Below are positions 21,650 to 31,893 of a stretch of DNA of 64,000 bases, piece by piece. The stretch is taken from NCBI GenBank assembly GCA_963749075.1, contig CAVVLJ010000002.1:64001-128000 (forward strand). Reading direction: 5' to 3'. This DNA comes from an uncultured Pseudomonadota bacterium. Lineage in GTDB: Bacteria > Pseudomonadota > Alphaproteobacteria > JACZXZ01. Under the pieces are notes generated by a model. That model was not told the origin of the DNA. It was given only the letters and a program-made list of their open reading frames with translations, and made no database searches. Made by a program: the position numbers and the translations under genes. Every line of letters starts with the position of its first letter. Position 1 is the stretch's first letter.

Positions 21650-23707
21650 TCACTCTGCGGTCATCACGAGGGTGCCGTTCCCGGCCACGCGCGCGCGCCA
21701 GCCCGGCTCGACGAGGATCGTGGTGTCGGCCTGCTCGAGGACGGCGGGGCCCGCGATGACGGTCCCCGCCGCGAGGGCGGCGCGCGCGAAGACGCGCGCC
21801 TCGACAACGCCGCCGCTCTCCGCACTCAGGATGCGCCGGCTCGGCTTCTCGGCGGCACCGCCGTTGGGCGCATAGGGCTCCGGCCGTGCCGCTGCCACGC
21901 TGCTGCGATGGATGGTGCGCAGGTTGACGATGCGCGCCGGCCCCTCGACGCTGTGGCCGTAGACCCGGTCGTGGGCGGCGAGGAAATCGCGATAGAGACG
22001 CTCGAGGGCGTGAGGCGCCTCGGCAGCGAGCGGTATCTCGAGGTGGTAGGACTGGCCGATGTAGCAGACGTCGGCGAAGTAATGGACGCGCGTGCGCTCG
22101 GGTGCGATGCCCTCGCTCGCCATGAGCCTGGCGCAGGATGCGTCGAGGCGGTCGAGCGCCTGGCGCACCTCGGGCCAGGCGAGGACAGCGAGATCGCGCG
22201 GGAAGGCGGCGGCGACCTCGTGCTCGATGGGGGCGTGGAGGAGGCCTGCGGCCGAGAGCACGCCCGGATGGCGCGGCACGGCGATGCGCCTGATGTTGAG
22301 CTCGCGGGCAAGGGAGGTCGCGTGGAGCGGGCCGCCGCCGCCGAGCGGCAGAAGCGTGTACTCGCGCGGATCGATGCCGCGGCCGATCGAGACGAGGCGG
22401 ATCGCCTCCGCCATCTGGGCATTGAGCACCCGGTGGATGCCGAGTGCCGCCTCCTCGAGCGTGATTGCGAGTGGCTTCGCGATGCGTTCCTCGACCGCAC
22501 GATGGGCAAGCGCCGGGTCGAGGGCGAGCGAGCCGCCGGCGAAATAGCCGGGATCGATGAGGCCCAGGATGAGCGAGGCGTCGGTGACGGTCGGCTCCTC
22601 GCCGCCGCGGCCGTAGCAGGCGGGGCCCGGCTCGGAGCCCGCCGAGCGGGGACCGACGCGGAGCGCACCTCCGCCGTCGAGCCAGGCGAGCGAGCCGCCG
22701 CCGGCGCCGATCGTGTTCACGTCGACCATGGGCACGCGCACGCCGTAGCCGCAGATGTCGCCCTCGGCGCGGATGAGCGGCTCGCCGCCGCGCACGAGTG
22801 CTATGTCGCAGCTCGTGCCGCCGATGTCGAGGGTGATGAGATCGGCGATGCCGACGCTCTTCCCGACCTCGACGCCGCCGATGACGCCCGCGGCGGGACC
22901 CGAGAGGAAGAGCCGCACCGGCCGCCGCCGCGCCACGCGGGAGGACGCGATGCCGCCGCGCGACTGCATGATCTGGAGCGGGCTCCTGACCCCGGCGGCC
23001 GCGAGGTCCGCCTCCATCGCCGCGAGATAGCGGTCGACCACGGGCTTGATGTAGGCGTCGAAGGCGGTGACTGAGGTGCGCTCGTACTCGCGGAAGGCAG
23101 GGTCGACCTCGGAGGAGAGCGAGACCATGAGGCCGGGTGCGAGCTGCGTTACGATCTCGCGCGTGCGCTCCTCGTGGGCGGGGTTGAGGAAGGAGAAGAG
23201 ATAGCTCACCGCGATGGCCTCGACCCCTTGGGCTATGAGCTCCTCCGCGGCACTGGCGACCGAGGCCTCGTCGAGCGGCACCAGGACCGAGCCGTCGGCC
23301 GCGATGCGCTCGCGCACCTCCTTGCGCAAGGCGCCGGGTGCCAGGAACACCGGCGTCTCCGGCTTGAGAATGAGATCGTACATGGCGTGGCGCATCTGGC
23401 GGCCGATCTCGAGCACGTCCTTGAAGCCGGCCGTGGTGAGGAGGCCGATCTTCGCACCCTTGGCCTCGATCACCGCATTGGTCGCGACGGTGGTGCCGTG
23501 GACGAAGCGGAGGATGGCCGCCGCATCGACGTGCCAGCTCTCGCCCATGAGACGGAGTGCGGCGGCGACGCCCGCACTCGGGTTGCTCCGCGTCGTCGGG
23601 ATCTTGACGAGCCGCGTGCGGCCGCCGGCAGCGCGGCACACCACGTCCGTGAAAGTGCCGCCGATGTCGACGCCGATCTCGAAGCCGCCCGCGTCAGTCA
23701 TGTTCAA
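21650..23707 (-). CDS. Hydantoinase A / oxoprolinase family protein
   Basis: VDIGGTFTD, HGTTVATN, SGPAAG, DIGGTSCD. Confidence 0.93.
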   Translation of the reverse strand: MNMTDAGGFEIGVDIGGTFTDVVCRAAGGRTRLVKIPTTRSNPSAGVAAALRLMGESWHVDAAAILRFVHGTTVATNAVIEAKGAKIGLLTTAGFKDVLEIGRQMRHAMYDLILKPETPVFLAPGALRKEVRERIAADGSVLVPLDEASVASAAEELIAQGVEAIAVSYLFSFLNPAHEERTREIVTQLAPGLMVSLSSEVDPAFREYERTSVTAFDAYIKPVVDRYLAAMEADLAAAGVRSPLQIMQSRGGIASSRVARRRPVRLFLSGPAAGVIGGVEVGKSVGIADLITLDIGGTSCDIALVRGGEPLIRAEGDICGYGVRVPMVDVNTIGAGGGSLAWLDGGGALRVGPRSAGSEPGPACYGRGGEEPTVTDASLILGLIDPGYFAGGSLALDPALAHRAVEERIAKPLAITLEEAALGIHRVLNAQMAEAIRLVSIGRGIDPREYTLLPLGGGGPLHATSLARELNIRRIAVPRHPGVLSAAGLLHAPIEHEVAAAFPRDLAVLAWPEVRQALDRLDASCARLMASEGIAPERTRVHYFADVCYIGQSYHLEIPLAAEAPHALERLYRDFLAAHDRVYGHSVEGPARIVNLRTIHRSSVAAARPEPYAPNGGAAEKPSRRILSAESGGVVEARVFARAALAAGTVIAGPAVLEQADTTILVEPGWRARVAGNGTLVMTAE

Positions 23708-23723
23708 GCATTCCGTTCCGTGC

Positions 23724-23812
23724 TCTCCCTCACCCTTCTATTAAAGCCCTCTCCCGCTCGCGGGAGAGGGAGGGTGCCCATGGCCGCAAGGCCATGGGAG
23801 GGTGAGGGAGAG
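23724..23812. repeat. REP-like composite palindrome (family A)
   Basis: ctctccctcaccct ... ccctctcccgctcgcgggagaggg ... cccatggccgcaaggccatggg agggtgagggagag; architecture matches 58994-59127. Confidence 0.75.
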
Positions 23813-23821
23813 CACCGCATT

Positions 23822-24529
23822 CTACAGATAAATGCTGCGCACGATATCCTCGGCGCTGGTACCTGCCGCGATGTCGTAGCGCTCGCCCACGCGGCCGTCG
23901 CGGAGGATGAGGAAGCGGTCGGCCACGGCGAGTGCCAGCTTGATGTTCTGCTCGACGATGAGCATGGCGATGCCGCGCGCCTTGAGGGCGAGGATGATCG
24001 CCGCGATCTCGTTGACGAGCCTCGGGGCCAAGCCGCCCGAGGGCTCGTCGAGGAGGAGGAGCCTGGGCCGTCCCATGAGCGCGCGGCCGATCGCCACCAT
24101 CTGCTGCTCGCCGCCCGAGAGGAGGTGGGCGGGCGTGCTGCGGCGCTCGGCAAGGCGCGGGAACGACTCGTAGACGCCGGCGAGGAGCTCGCCGAGCGGG
24201 CCGCGGCGCACCTTGGCGCCGAGCTTGAGATTGTCCTCGACCGTCATGTCGGGGAAGAGGTCGCGCGCCTGGGAGACCTGGATGACGCCCAAGCGGAAGG
24301 TCTGATGCGGCGCCAGGCCGGCGAGCTCGCGGCCGCTCAAGCGGATGGAGCCCGCGCGCGGGCGCACGAAGCCGCTCACCGTGTTGAGGAGCGTCGATTT
24401 GCCGCTGCCGTTGGCGCCTAAGAGCGCCACCGCCTCGCTCTCGCCCACGTCGAGGTCGACGCCGAAGAGGATCTGCTTCTGCGCATATCCGGCGGCAATC
24501 CCGCGGGCGGTGAGGAGCTCGTCAGGCAT
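23822..24529 (-). CDS. Branched-chain amino acid ABC ATP-binding protein (LivF-like)
   Basis: GANGSGKST, LSGGEQQM, DEPSGGLAP. Confidence 0.92.
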   Translation of the reverse strand: MPDELLTARGIAAGYAQKQILFGVDLDVGESEAVALLGANGSGKSTLLNTVSGFVRPRAGSIRLSGRELAGLAPHQTFRLGVIQVSQARDLFPDMTVEDNLKLGAKVRRGPLGELLAGVYESFPRLAERRSTPAHLLSGGEQQMVAIGRALMGRPRLLLLDEPSGGLAPRLVNEIAAIILALKARGIAMLIVEQNIKLALAVADRFLILRDGRVGERYDIAAGTSAEDIVRSIYL

Positions 24530-25286
24530 GGCCGAGATAGGCCTCCAGCACCGCCTTGTTGGCGCGCGCCTCGGCCGGCGGCGCGTCGGCGATCTTGGCG
24601 CCGTAGTTGAGCACGATCACCCGGTCCGAGACGTTCATGACGAGCTCGATGGCGTGCTCGATGAGGAGGATGCCGATGCCGCGCTCCTTGGCGAGGCCGC
24701 GGATGATGGCCTCGAGCTGCGCGCGCACGGCGGGTGCCAGGCCGACGGCGGGCTCGTCGAGGAGGAGGAGCGGCGGCCCGCTCGCCAGCGCGCGCACGAT
24801 CTCGACCATGCGCTGCTGGCCGCCCGAGAGGGTGCGGGCCGGGCGGTCGGCAAGGTGGCCGATCTCCATGAGGCCGAGGAGGCGGCGCGCCTCGGCCGTA
24901 GCCGCACTCTCGGCCGCGCGCGCGCGGCGCGTGCCGAGGAGGAGGCCGATCAGGCCGCTCGCCACCCCCGTGTGCAGGCCGGCGAGCACGTTCTCGAGCG
25001 CCGAGAGCTCGCCGAAGAGGCCGCCATTCTGGAAGGTGCGGCGCACGCCCCCGGCCGCGATCTCGTGGGGCGGGCGGTTCTGGATCTCGGCGCCGCGGAA
25101 GAGGATGCGCCCTTGAGAGGCCGGCGCATTGCCGGTGACGGCGTTGAAGAGCGTGGTCTTGCCGGCACCATTCGGCCCGATCACGGCGCAGACCTCGCCC
25201 GCGTCCAGGCGGAACGATACGCCGTCGACCGCATTGAGGCCGCCGTAGCGTACGGTCAGTTGAGCGAGCTCGAGGAGCGGGGCCAT
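24522..25286 (-). CDS. Branched-chain amino acid ABC ATP-binding protein (LivG-like)
   Basis: GPNGAGKTT, RTFQN, DEPAVGL, AYLG C-terminus; start ATG 25286. Confidence 0.9.
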   Translation of the reverse strand: MAPLLELAQLTVRYGGLNAVDGVSFRLDAGEVCAVIGPNGAGKTTLFNAVTGNAPASQGRILFRGAEIQNRPPHEIAAGGVRRTFQNGGLFGELSALENVLAGLHTGVASGLIGLLLGTRRARAAESAATAEARRLLGLMEIGHLADRPARTLSGGQQRMVEIVRALASGPPLLLLDEPAVGLAPAVRAQLEAIIRGLAKERGIGILLIEHAIELVMNVSDRVIVLNYGAKIADAPPAEARANKAVLEAYLGHA

Positions 25287-25294
25287 GGCGTCTC

Positions 25295-26239
25295 CTAGCC
25301 CCTCAAATAGCGGTCGCGGAAGAGCGGGTGGAGGCGAGCCAGGAGGCTCGCGAGGCCGCGCGGCAGGAAGAGGATGACGAGGACGATGAGCAGGCCGAAG
25401 ATGAGCTCCTGGAAGCCCGGGAAATCGCTGAAGATCTCGGGCGTCGCGGTGATCACGAGGGCGCCCAGGACCGAGCCCACGAGGCTGCCGAGGCCGCCCA
25501 CCATGATGATGGCGAACTCGAGGATGAGCTCGATGAGGTTGAAGGAGTCGGGCGAGAGATGGCCTACGAGGAGCGCATACATGGCGCCGCCGACGCCGAC
25601 CACGAAGCCGCTCCACGCGAGGCCGAGCACGTAATAGCGCCCGGTCGGCACTCCCATGGCGGCGGCGGCCACCTCGTTGTCCTTGATCGCCATGAAGGCG
25701 CGGCCGATGCGCGAGGCGAGGAGGCGCCCGGTCGCCACCACCGTGGCCACCGCGAGTGCCAGGAAGACGTAGAACTTGCGTCCCTCGAGGTCGAGCGTCC
25801 AGCCCATGAGGTCGCCCGTCGGCACCGCCATGCCCATCGAGCCGCCGGTGAGCCACTCCAGGCGGATGTAGGTCCAGCGCATGAGCTCGCCGAAGGCGAG
25901 CGTCATGATGGCGAGCGCGAAGGAGCGCACGCCGCGCAGCGCCGGCACGGCCGCGGCGCAGCCAGCTAGGCCGCCGACAAGGCCGGCCGGCAGCACCGTC
26001 AGCCACCACGGCAGGCCGAGCTTCGCCATGAGGATGCCCGAGGTATAGGCGCCGAGGCCGAAGAAGGCCACGTTGGAGAAGGCGAGCTGGCCGAGGTTGC
26101 CCACCACCACGTTGAAGCCGACGCCGACCGGCACATAGACGAGGATGAGGTTGACGACGTATTGCTGGTACTGGTTGAGGAAGGCGGGGAGCGGCAGCAA
26201 GAGGAGCGGCACGAGCCAGAAGATGCGGCGGTCCGCCAC
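25295..26239 (-). CDS. Branched-chain amino acid ABC permease (LivM-like)
   Basis: GQLAFS, AFFGLGAY, SRIGRAFMAIKDNEVAA, VGGLGS; GTG start 26239. Confidence 0.88.
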   Translation of the reverse strand: MADRRIFWLVPLLLLPLPAFLNQYQQYVVNLILVYVPVGVGFNVVVGNLGQLAFSNVAFFGLGAYTSGILMAKLGLPWWLTVLPAGLVGGLAGCAAAVPALRGVRSFALAIMTLAFGELMRWTYIRLEWLTGGSMGMAVPTGDLMGWTLDLEGRKFYVFLALAVATVVATGRLLASRIGRAFMAIKDNEVAAAAMGVPTGRYYVLGLAWSGFVVGVGGAMYALLVGHLSPDSFNLIELILEFAIIMVGGLGSLVGSVLGALVITATPEIFSDFPGFQELIFGLLIVLVILFLPRGLASLLARLHPLFRDRYLRG

Positions 26240-26250
26240 GCCCGCGTCCT

Positions 26251-27123
26251 CTAGACGCGCCGCTCGGCCCGCCGGCCGAAGAGGCCCTGCGGGCGCGCGA
26301 GCAGCACGGCGATGGTCACCACATAGGCGCTGATGTCGATGAAGGCCGTCGAGACGTAGAAGCCGAGCACCTTCTCCATGATGCCGAGGAGGAGGCCGCC
26401 GATCACGGCACCCTGCAGCGAGCCGAAGCCGCCGAGCGTCATGGCGGCGAAGCCGCGCACCAGCGTCCAGGCCCCCATGTCGGGTGTGAGCGAGACGTTG
26501 AGGGCGAGGAGCGTCCCGCCCACGGCCGCGAGTGCGGCACCGGTACCCCACATGACACCGTGGAAGGCGCCGACGTTGATGCCCACGAGTGCTGCGCCGC
26601 GCTCGGTCTGGAACACCGCCTGGACGGTCTTGCCGACGGGCGACAGGGCGAAGACGACGAAGAGTGCCGCGAGAAGCAGGACGACGACCGCGGTGACGAC
26701 GATGTCGTCCATGGTGACGATGACGGGGCCGAGGAGAAAGCTCATGCGCGGATAGGGGCGTGCCAAGGCCGAGACCTGATTGCCCCACTCGAGGCGTGCT
26801 GCGCCGCGCAGCACGTTGCCGGCGGCAAGCGCCATCATGGCGAGCGAGAGATGCGGGCCGGTGAGGATGGGGGCTATGAGCACGCGCTCGATGAAGAGGC
26901 CGCAGACGAAGAGCGCCGCCACGGCCAGCGCGAGCGCCGGGACGAAGGGCAGGCCGAGCGCCCCCGTGAAGAAGAAGGCGGCGTAGGCGCCGGCCATGAC
27001 GAGATCGCCGTGGCCGAAATTGACCACCGTGGTGGCGCGGTACACCACGGTCATGGCAAGGGCGACGAGCCCATAGAGCATCCCCGTGGAGATGCCGCTG
27101 ACCACGAGCTGCGGCAGGAGCAT
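26251..27123 (-). CDS. Branched-chain amino acid ABC permease (LivH-like)
   Basis: YGLVAL, VNFGHG, LGGFGS, RPQGLFG. Confidence 0.9.
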   Translation of the reverse strand: MLLPQLVVSGISTGMLYGLVALAMTVVYRATTVVNFGHGDLVMAGAYAAFFFTGALGLPFVPALALAVAALFVCGLFIERVLIAPILTGPHLSLAMMALAAGNVLRGAARLEWGNQVSALARPYPRMSFLLGPVIVTMDDIVVTAVVVLLLAALFVVFALSPVGKTVQAVFQTERGAALVGINVGAFHGVMWGTGAALAAVGGTLLALNVSLTPDMGAWTLVRGFAAMTLGGFGSLQGAVIGGLLLGIMEKVLGFYVSTAFIDISAYVVTIAVLLARPQGLFGRRAERRV

Positions 27124-27336
27124 CAACACGCGAACGGCGTCCGGAAGGGTGACAAGGGCGGGTCGCTCGCTTGAAGCCGAATGAGGTTGAACGACGTTGC
27201 GAAGGGCGCTAGGCTTTCGCCGGCGGCGCAAGTCTGCACGCGATAGTCAAGCGCCTCCCGAGCTCGGATACTACTGCAAAATTCGCCGCAAGTTAGCGGA
27301 ATCGCGGTAATTCCCGTCACAAAGGGGAACGACGCC

Positions 27337-28557
27337 ATGGGTACTTGCATCAGGAGCCCGCTCTTTCTTCTGGCGGTTGCGCTCGGCCTTGCCTGGGCCT
27401 CGGCCCCCGCCCGCGCCGACAACACGCAAGGGATCACCGACACCACCATCAAGATCGGCAATCTCGGGCCCTTCACCGGCGAGGCCGCCGTCTTCGATCC
27501 GCTCAACTACGGGCCGGACGCCTATCTCCGCTACATCAACGCAGAGGGCGGCATCGACGGGCGCAAGTTCGAGACCGTCTTCGCGGACAGCGCCTGCAAC
27601 GAGGCCAAGGGCATCGCGGCGGCGAAGAAGCTCATCTACGAGGACAAGGTCTTCATGATCATGAGCAACCCCTGCAGCGGCGTTGCCATGGCGGTCAAGC
27701 CGATGGTGGACAAGGAGGGCCTGCCCTGGATCGGCATCGCCGCCAATCCCAAGCTCACGCGGCCGACGGTGCCGAGCATGTTCCACGTCACCTACACGGG
27801 CATCGAGTCGGGCTCCAACATGGCGCGCTTCGCGCTGAGCAAGCCCGGCGTCACCAAGGTCGCGCTGGCGCTCCACAGCAACGACTGGGCGCACGGCTAT
27901 TGCGATCCGGCGAGCGCCTACATCACGTCTCACGGCGGCCAGATCGCGGTGAGCACCGCCATGGAGCGCGGCTCGACCGACGCGACCGCGCAGGTGCTGC
28001 AGATCAAGGCCTCGGGCGCCCAGGCGGTGCTCGGCTGCCTCTACCAGCCGGAGCTCGTCATCCTCATCCGCGAGATGCACAAGTACGGCGTCGACGTGCC
28101 GGTGATCGGAGCGCTCGGCGCCGATTTCGAGCAGGTCGTCCAGCAGGTCAACGATCCGGGCGCGCTCCGCGGCATCTTCTTCCAGCCCTACCAGTACAAG
28201 GCCAAGCTCGGCGAGGGCCCGCTCAAGCCGTTCCACGACATCTTCGTGAAGTACCTCAAGAAGGACGAGCTGCCCAAGGACGGCGTGCCGACCAACTTCT
28301 ATTACTTCGGCGTGCCGGCCGCCATCGTCACCGTCGAGGCCTTCCGCCGCGCCGGTCCCCATCCCACGCGCGAGAAATGGATCGCCGCCATGGAGTCGCT
28401 CAAGGCGTTCGACACCGGCGTGCTGGCGGACACCGTGACCATCACCCACGACAATCACGTGGGCGTCGGCGTGATGCATGCCATCGGCCTCAACGACAAG
28501 GGCGAGGAGACGATCTACAAGGCGTGGGGCGAGCCGCTCAACGCGACGACGAACTGA
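27337..28557 (+). CDS. ABC substrate-binding protein (LivJ-like, type I PBP)
   Basis: Signal peptide, GITDTTIKIG, INAEGGIDGRK; divergent from the liv permeases. Confidence 0.88.
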   Translation: MGTCIRSPLFLLAVALGLAWASAPARADNTQGITDTTIKIGNLGPFTGEAAVFDPLNYGPDAYLRYINAEGGIDGRKFETVFADSACNEAKGIAAAKKLIYEDKVFMIMSNPCSGVAMAVKPMVDKEGLPWIGIAANPKLTRPTVPSMFHVTYTGIESGSNMARFALSKPGVTKVALALHSNDWAHGYCDPASAYITSHGGQIAVSTAMERGSTDATAQVLQIKASGAQAVLGCLYQPELVILIREMHKYGVDVPVIGALGADFEQVVQQVNDPGALRGIFFQPYQYKAKLGEGPLKPFHDIFVKYLKKDELPKDGVPTNFYYFGVPAAIVTVEAFRRAGPHPTREKWIAAMESLKAFDTGVLADTVTITHDNHVGVGVMHAIGLNDKGEETIYKAWGEPLNATTN

Positions 28558-28561
28558 AGCG

Positions 28562-29338
28562 GTGCCGCAGCAAGTGAAGGCCTTCGACGGCAAGGTCGTG
28601 TGGATGACGGGCGCCGGCACCGGCATCGGCCGGGCAGGCGCCCTGATGTTCGCGCGAGAGGGCGCTCGCGTCGCCCTCATCGGGCGGCGGCGCGACAAGC
28701 TCGAGGAGGTGGCGGCGGAGATCAAGAGCCTCGGCGGCAGCGCTGCCGTCGAGCCCCTCGACGTGGCGGACCGGGAGAAGGTCCATGCCGCGGCGGAGCG
28801 CCTGCTCGCGGGCACCAAGCGCGTCGACATCCTGGTCAATAATGCGGGCACCAACGTCGTCACCCGCCGCCTCGACGAGGTCTCGGCCGAGGACTGGGAC
28901 CACGTGCTCGCGGTCAACCTGACCGGCGCCTTCAACATGTTCCAGGCGGTCTTCCCGACCATGCGCGCGCAAGCGGACGGGCTCGTCATCAACGTGGCCT
29001 CGACCGCGGCCAGGCGGGTGAGCGGGGCCTCCGGCATCGCCTATTCCGCCTCCAAGTTCGGCATGCTCGGCATGAGCCTCTCGCTCAACCAGGAGGCGTG
29101 GAAGTTCGGCATCCGCACCTGCTGCATCTGCCCCGACGACGTGAACACGCCGATCATGGCGCGCCGCAAGGTCAAATATCCGCCCGAGGTGCTCGCCCGC
29201 TTCATCCAGCCCGAGGACCTCGCCGAGACGATGCGCTACGTGGCGCTCATGCCGAAGCGCACCTCGATCCCCGAGATCGTCGTCTATCCGACCAGCCTCA
29301 GGCCCTACTCGCCGGCCGAGACCGGCATGCCGGGGTAG
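28562..29338 (+). CDS. SDR family oxidoreductase
   Basis: TGAGTGIG, NNAG, YSASK. Confidence 0.9.
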   Translation: MPQQVKAFDGKVVWMTGAGTGIGRAGALMFAREGARVALIGRRRDKLEEVAAEIKSLGGSAAVEPLDVADREKVHAAAERLLAGTKRVDILVNNAGTNVVTRRLDEVSAEDWDHVLAVNLTGAFNMFQAVFPTMRAQADGLVINVASTAARRVSGASGIAYSASKFGMLGMSLSLNQEAWKFGIRTCCICPDDVNTPIMARRKVKYPPEVLARFIQPEDLAETMRYVALMPKRTSIPEIVVYPTSLRPYSPAETGMPG

Positions 29339-29576
29339 GCGCGCTCGACGACGACGGGGCTTGTGCGCTCATTGCAATCCCTCATGCGGAGCGGTGAACT
29401 TGTAACGCACAACGCCTCCGTCACCATACAGACCGGCCGGGGCTCAGCGTGATTAATTTGGGTTGAGGTATGCATTTGCGAGAGGTAGCATTTCCATATA
29501 CAACTCGGTGCTTGGGGAAAATCCTCTCGAACGCCCCATCATTAAAGGGTGTCAGCTCGAGCAGTGGGAGGGGGCC

Positions 29577-30155
29577 GTGGGCCAGACAATCCGAGCGGCT
29601 GTGGTGCTACTTTTTTTGGCTGGATGCGCAAGTAGGCAGTTAAACTATAATACCCTTGATATAGCTTCCGCTGTCGAATCCCTTTATACGAAACAAGTAC
29701 TGGAAAATCTTAGTAAATTCATTGATGAACCATTTGCCACCCCGTCGCAGTTAGATTTTGCGGCAGGTACCGTACAGACATCTAATTCTGTAACTCCAAC
29801 AATTACATTTCCGCTATCCACCTCCGTAGCAACAGCGGTCGGTTCGGCCACTACTAAGACGACAACGATCGCAGGCTCAAGTCTAGGTATAGGGGCGAGC
29901 GATAGCTGGCAGCAGAATTGGACTGTGACGCCGATTAGTGACGCAAATACACTTCGGAATCTGCGAGCCCTATATCGGTATGTGATATACGGCACAGATT
30001 TGAAGAGCGAATATAATATATCAAGAATGTTTGACGACACTAATACGAGTCTAATTCCAGATCCGTATATGCTAGAGGAGCCGCATTGTGTTCTTTGTAC
30101 TGCGACTGAGACAGTCAACAAGGATCTGCGTAGTGGGTGGCTGTATTGGAATAGT
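29577..30155 (+). pseudogene. 5' part of an unknown lipoprotein gene interrupted by an IS1595-family element
   Basis: GGAGGG RBS plus GTG 29577; lipobox LAGC; ends ...GWLYWNS at the target duplication ggaatagt. Confidence 0.8.
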
Positions 30156-30223
30156 GGCGATTAGGGTGATAACAAACCGGATACTTGTAGAGCCCTCGCC
30201 TTTACTTGCGCTATGATGCGCAC

Positions 30224-30418
30224 ATGAGCGCGCGCCTGAATCCCCCTCAAATTGAGATCACGCCAGAAATGATTAGGGCCGGCGCGATCGTGCTGTGCGA
30301 GCACGCTGAAGGCTGTATTGGGGAGTGTTCTGGGAAATTCATAGCAGAGCAGATGTATCGCGCGATGAGAAAATTGGAGGGTCAAGCTCCGTCGCGAGCT
30401 TTGTCGCCCGATGCGTGA
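30224..30418 (+). CDS. Small hypothetical protein (IS cargo)
   Basis: MSARLNPPQIEITPEMIRAG...; 3' end overlaps the convergent HEPN-like gene. Confidence 0.5.
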   Translation: MSARLNPPQIEITPEMIRAGAIVLCEHAEGCIGECSGKFIAEQMYRAMRKLEGQAPSRALSPDA

Positions 30419-30944
30419 TCTTCCAAAACGCTTCCGAAAAGCGGTTGGTCTCGCGCGAAGTCAGCACGTAGACGGGGCGATTTTCGGACGTAAATTTGTT
30501 GTCGCGAAAATGCGGTGGTATGACGCACCACTGCATTTCGCCCGCGAGGCTCAGAAGAGATTCGTGCGAATTCGGGTCAAGCACCCACTGAACAGGGCGC
30601 GCGACGCCGTGGGCAATGTCGTTTCTGCGTGGGGCATATGCAGTTGCAAGGCGGATGATGTTGTCGAATTCCCCTTCTTGCTCTTGGCATGGCTTCGCTA
30701 CGAAATAGCCGCGCGCTCTTTCCTCCAATCTGCGCAGTCGCGGCGCGAAGTTTGGAGGCTCGCCATATTCTCGATTTGCGGCCTGGTCGAACTTCGAGCC
30801 ACAGGAGAAGATCGAGTAGAGATGAGCGAGCGCCGTTTCCACCTCCTCCCATGCCATGAGGGCGCGGCCAATAAACTCAAACAGCACGCGCTGAGAGGCA
30901 TTGCCTCGCTTCGGGAATGGCGGGCGGTCCCAAGGTTCGCCCAT
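30339..30944 (-). CDS. Hypothetical protein with HEPN-like RxxxxH motif (IS cargo)
   Basis: IGRALMAWEEVE helix and RRNDIAHG motif; AGGAG RBS before ATG 30944. Confidence 0.65.
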   Translation of the reverse strand: MGEPWDRPPFPKRGNASQRVLFEFIGRALMAWEEVETALAHLYSIFSCGSKFDQAANREYGEPPNFAPRLRRLEERARGYFVAKPCQEQEGEFDNIIRLATAYAPRRNDIAHGVARPVQWVLDPNSHESLLSLAGEMQWCVIPPHFRDNKFTSENRPVYVLTSRETNRFSEAFWKITHRATKLATELDPPIFSSRDTSALL

Positions 30945-30955
30945 GACGCTCGCTC

Positions 30956-31264
30956 CTAGGATTCTGCGGACATGTGGCCGCATTCCACTTCCGTACCATT
31001 TTCGGTCGGCCGTACTTTCGCGGGAGACGCGGGCGCTGATTCGATGTTTGGAAACAGGGCTTTTAAGGCCGCGAAAAGGCAAAGAGCTGCATGCTCATTC
31101 AAGGCAACCGTGGCAATGTCGTTGTTGTGGCACCCTATGCGGAGTGCCCTCAGTGGCCCGTGCCGTAGCCCAGAACAGGCTACTATTTCGCGCCCTTCGG
31201 CGGCTGCATTTGAAAGCTCGGCGACAGTAGGGACCGGTAAGCGACCGCCGTGTCCGCGTCTCAT
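30956..31264 (-). CDS. Hypothetical protein (IS cargo)
   Basis: AGGAG RBS plus ATG 31264; co-oriented and 11 bp upstream of the HEPN-like gene. Confidence 0.4.
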   Translation of the reverse strand: MRRGHGGRLPVPTVAELSNAAAEGREIVACSGLRHGPLRALRIGCHNNDIATVALNEHAALCLFAALKALFPNIESAPASPAKVRPTENGTEVECGHMSAES

Positions 31265-31310
31265 AATCTTCGCTCCTAGGCTGGGTTGCACTACCTAGGA
31301 TAGCGGAAGG

Positions 31311-31348
31311 CGGGGCCGGATGCGAGTCCGGCCCCGTCGTGCTATAAT
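31311..31348 (+). promoter_or_regulatory. Hairpin followed by an extended -10 promoter element
   Basis: cggggccgga-tgcgag-tccggccccg stem (31311-31336), then TG-C-TATAAT (31340-31348), AGGAGG and ATG 31370. Confidence 0.55.
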
Positions 31349-31369
31349 CTGGCACGACCAGGAGGCAAC

Positions 31370-31570
31370 ATGCCGAGTCCGGCCGTGATGCAATTCGTGC
31401 CCTTGATTGTTTGGTACGTTCTTACAGTGATTCCTGTTTACGCGATCATACGGCGCACGGGGAAGCCAAAATGGTTGACCTTGTTTCTCGTCATCCCCAT
31501 CGCTGGCTTCGTCGTTGTGATCTGGACATTGGCCTATGTTCAATGGCCAGTGACTCGCCAAGTGATCTAA
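31370..31570 (+). CDS. Small membrane protein (2 TM)
   Basis: Strong RBS; IRRTGKPKWLTLFLVIP...LAYVQWP. Confidence 0.7.
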   Translation: MPSPAVMQFVPLIVWYVLTVIPVYAIIRRTGKPKWLTLFLVIPIAGFVVVIWTLAYVQWPVTRQVI

Positions 31571-31854
31571 CATGGAGAGATTACGCGGTCACGATAGCGT
31601 ACGCATTGGGCCGGGTCGTCGGCACTCTCGCACGCTTTCTAACGCAGGATCATGGGCTCGTACTAATTTGGTACGTGATTACCGTTCCGCCGTTCTATCG
31701 GCTTGTTCGCCGCGTAGGAAAATCACGATGGTGGGTGGCATTCCTTATACTCCCGATTTTCGGATTTCTATTCGTGACTTGGATTCTCGCATTCACGCGC
31801 TGGCCAGCGGTCGATCGTTTGGTGCCTCAAGAGGGGCGTCCTCAAAAAGCATAA
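31543..31854 (+). CDS. Small membrane protein, tandem paralog of the upstream gene
   Basis: VRRVGKSRWWVAFLILP...LAFTRWP aligns with the upstream protein; start uncertain. Confidence 0.65.
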   Translation: MASDSPSDLTWRDYAVTIAYALGRVVGTLARFLTQDHGLVLIWYVITVPPFYRLVRRVGKSRWWVAFLILPIFGFLFVTWILAFTRWPAVDRLVPQEGRPQKA

Positions 31855-31893
31855 TAGAATGTGAACGCCAATCGCTTGTGCTAGGGTGGTCAT

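Noticed and set aside
18769-23639. Very long ORFs 18769-21393 and 19950-23639 as giant fusion proteins
   Set aside because: The N-terminal extensions are Arg/Pro-rich off-frame read-through overlapping real genes; the real starts are 19953/19917 and 21638.
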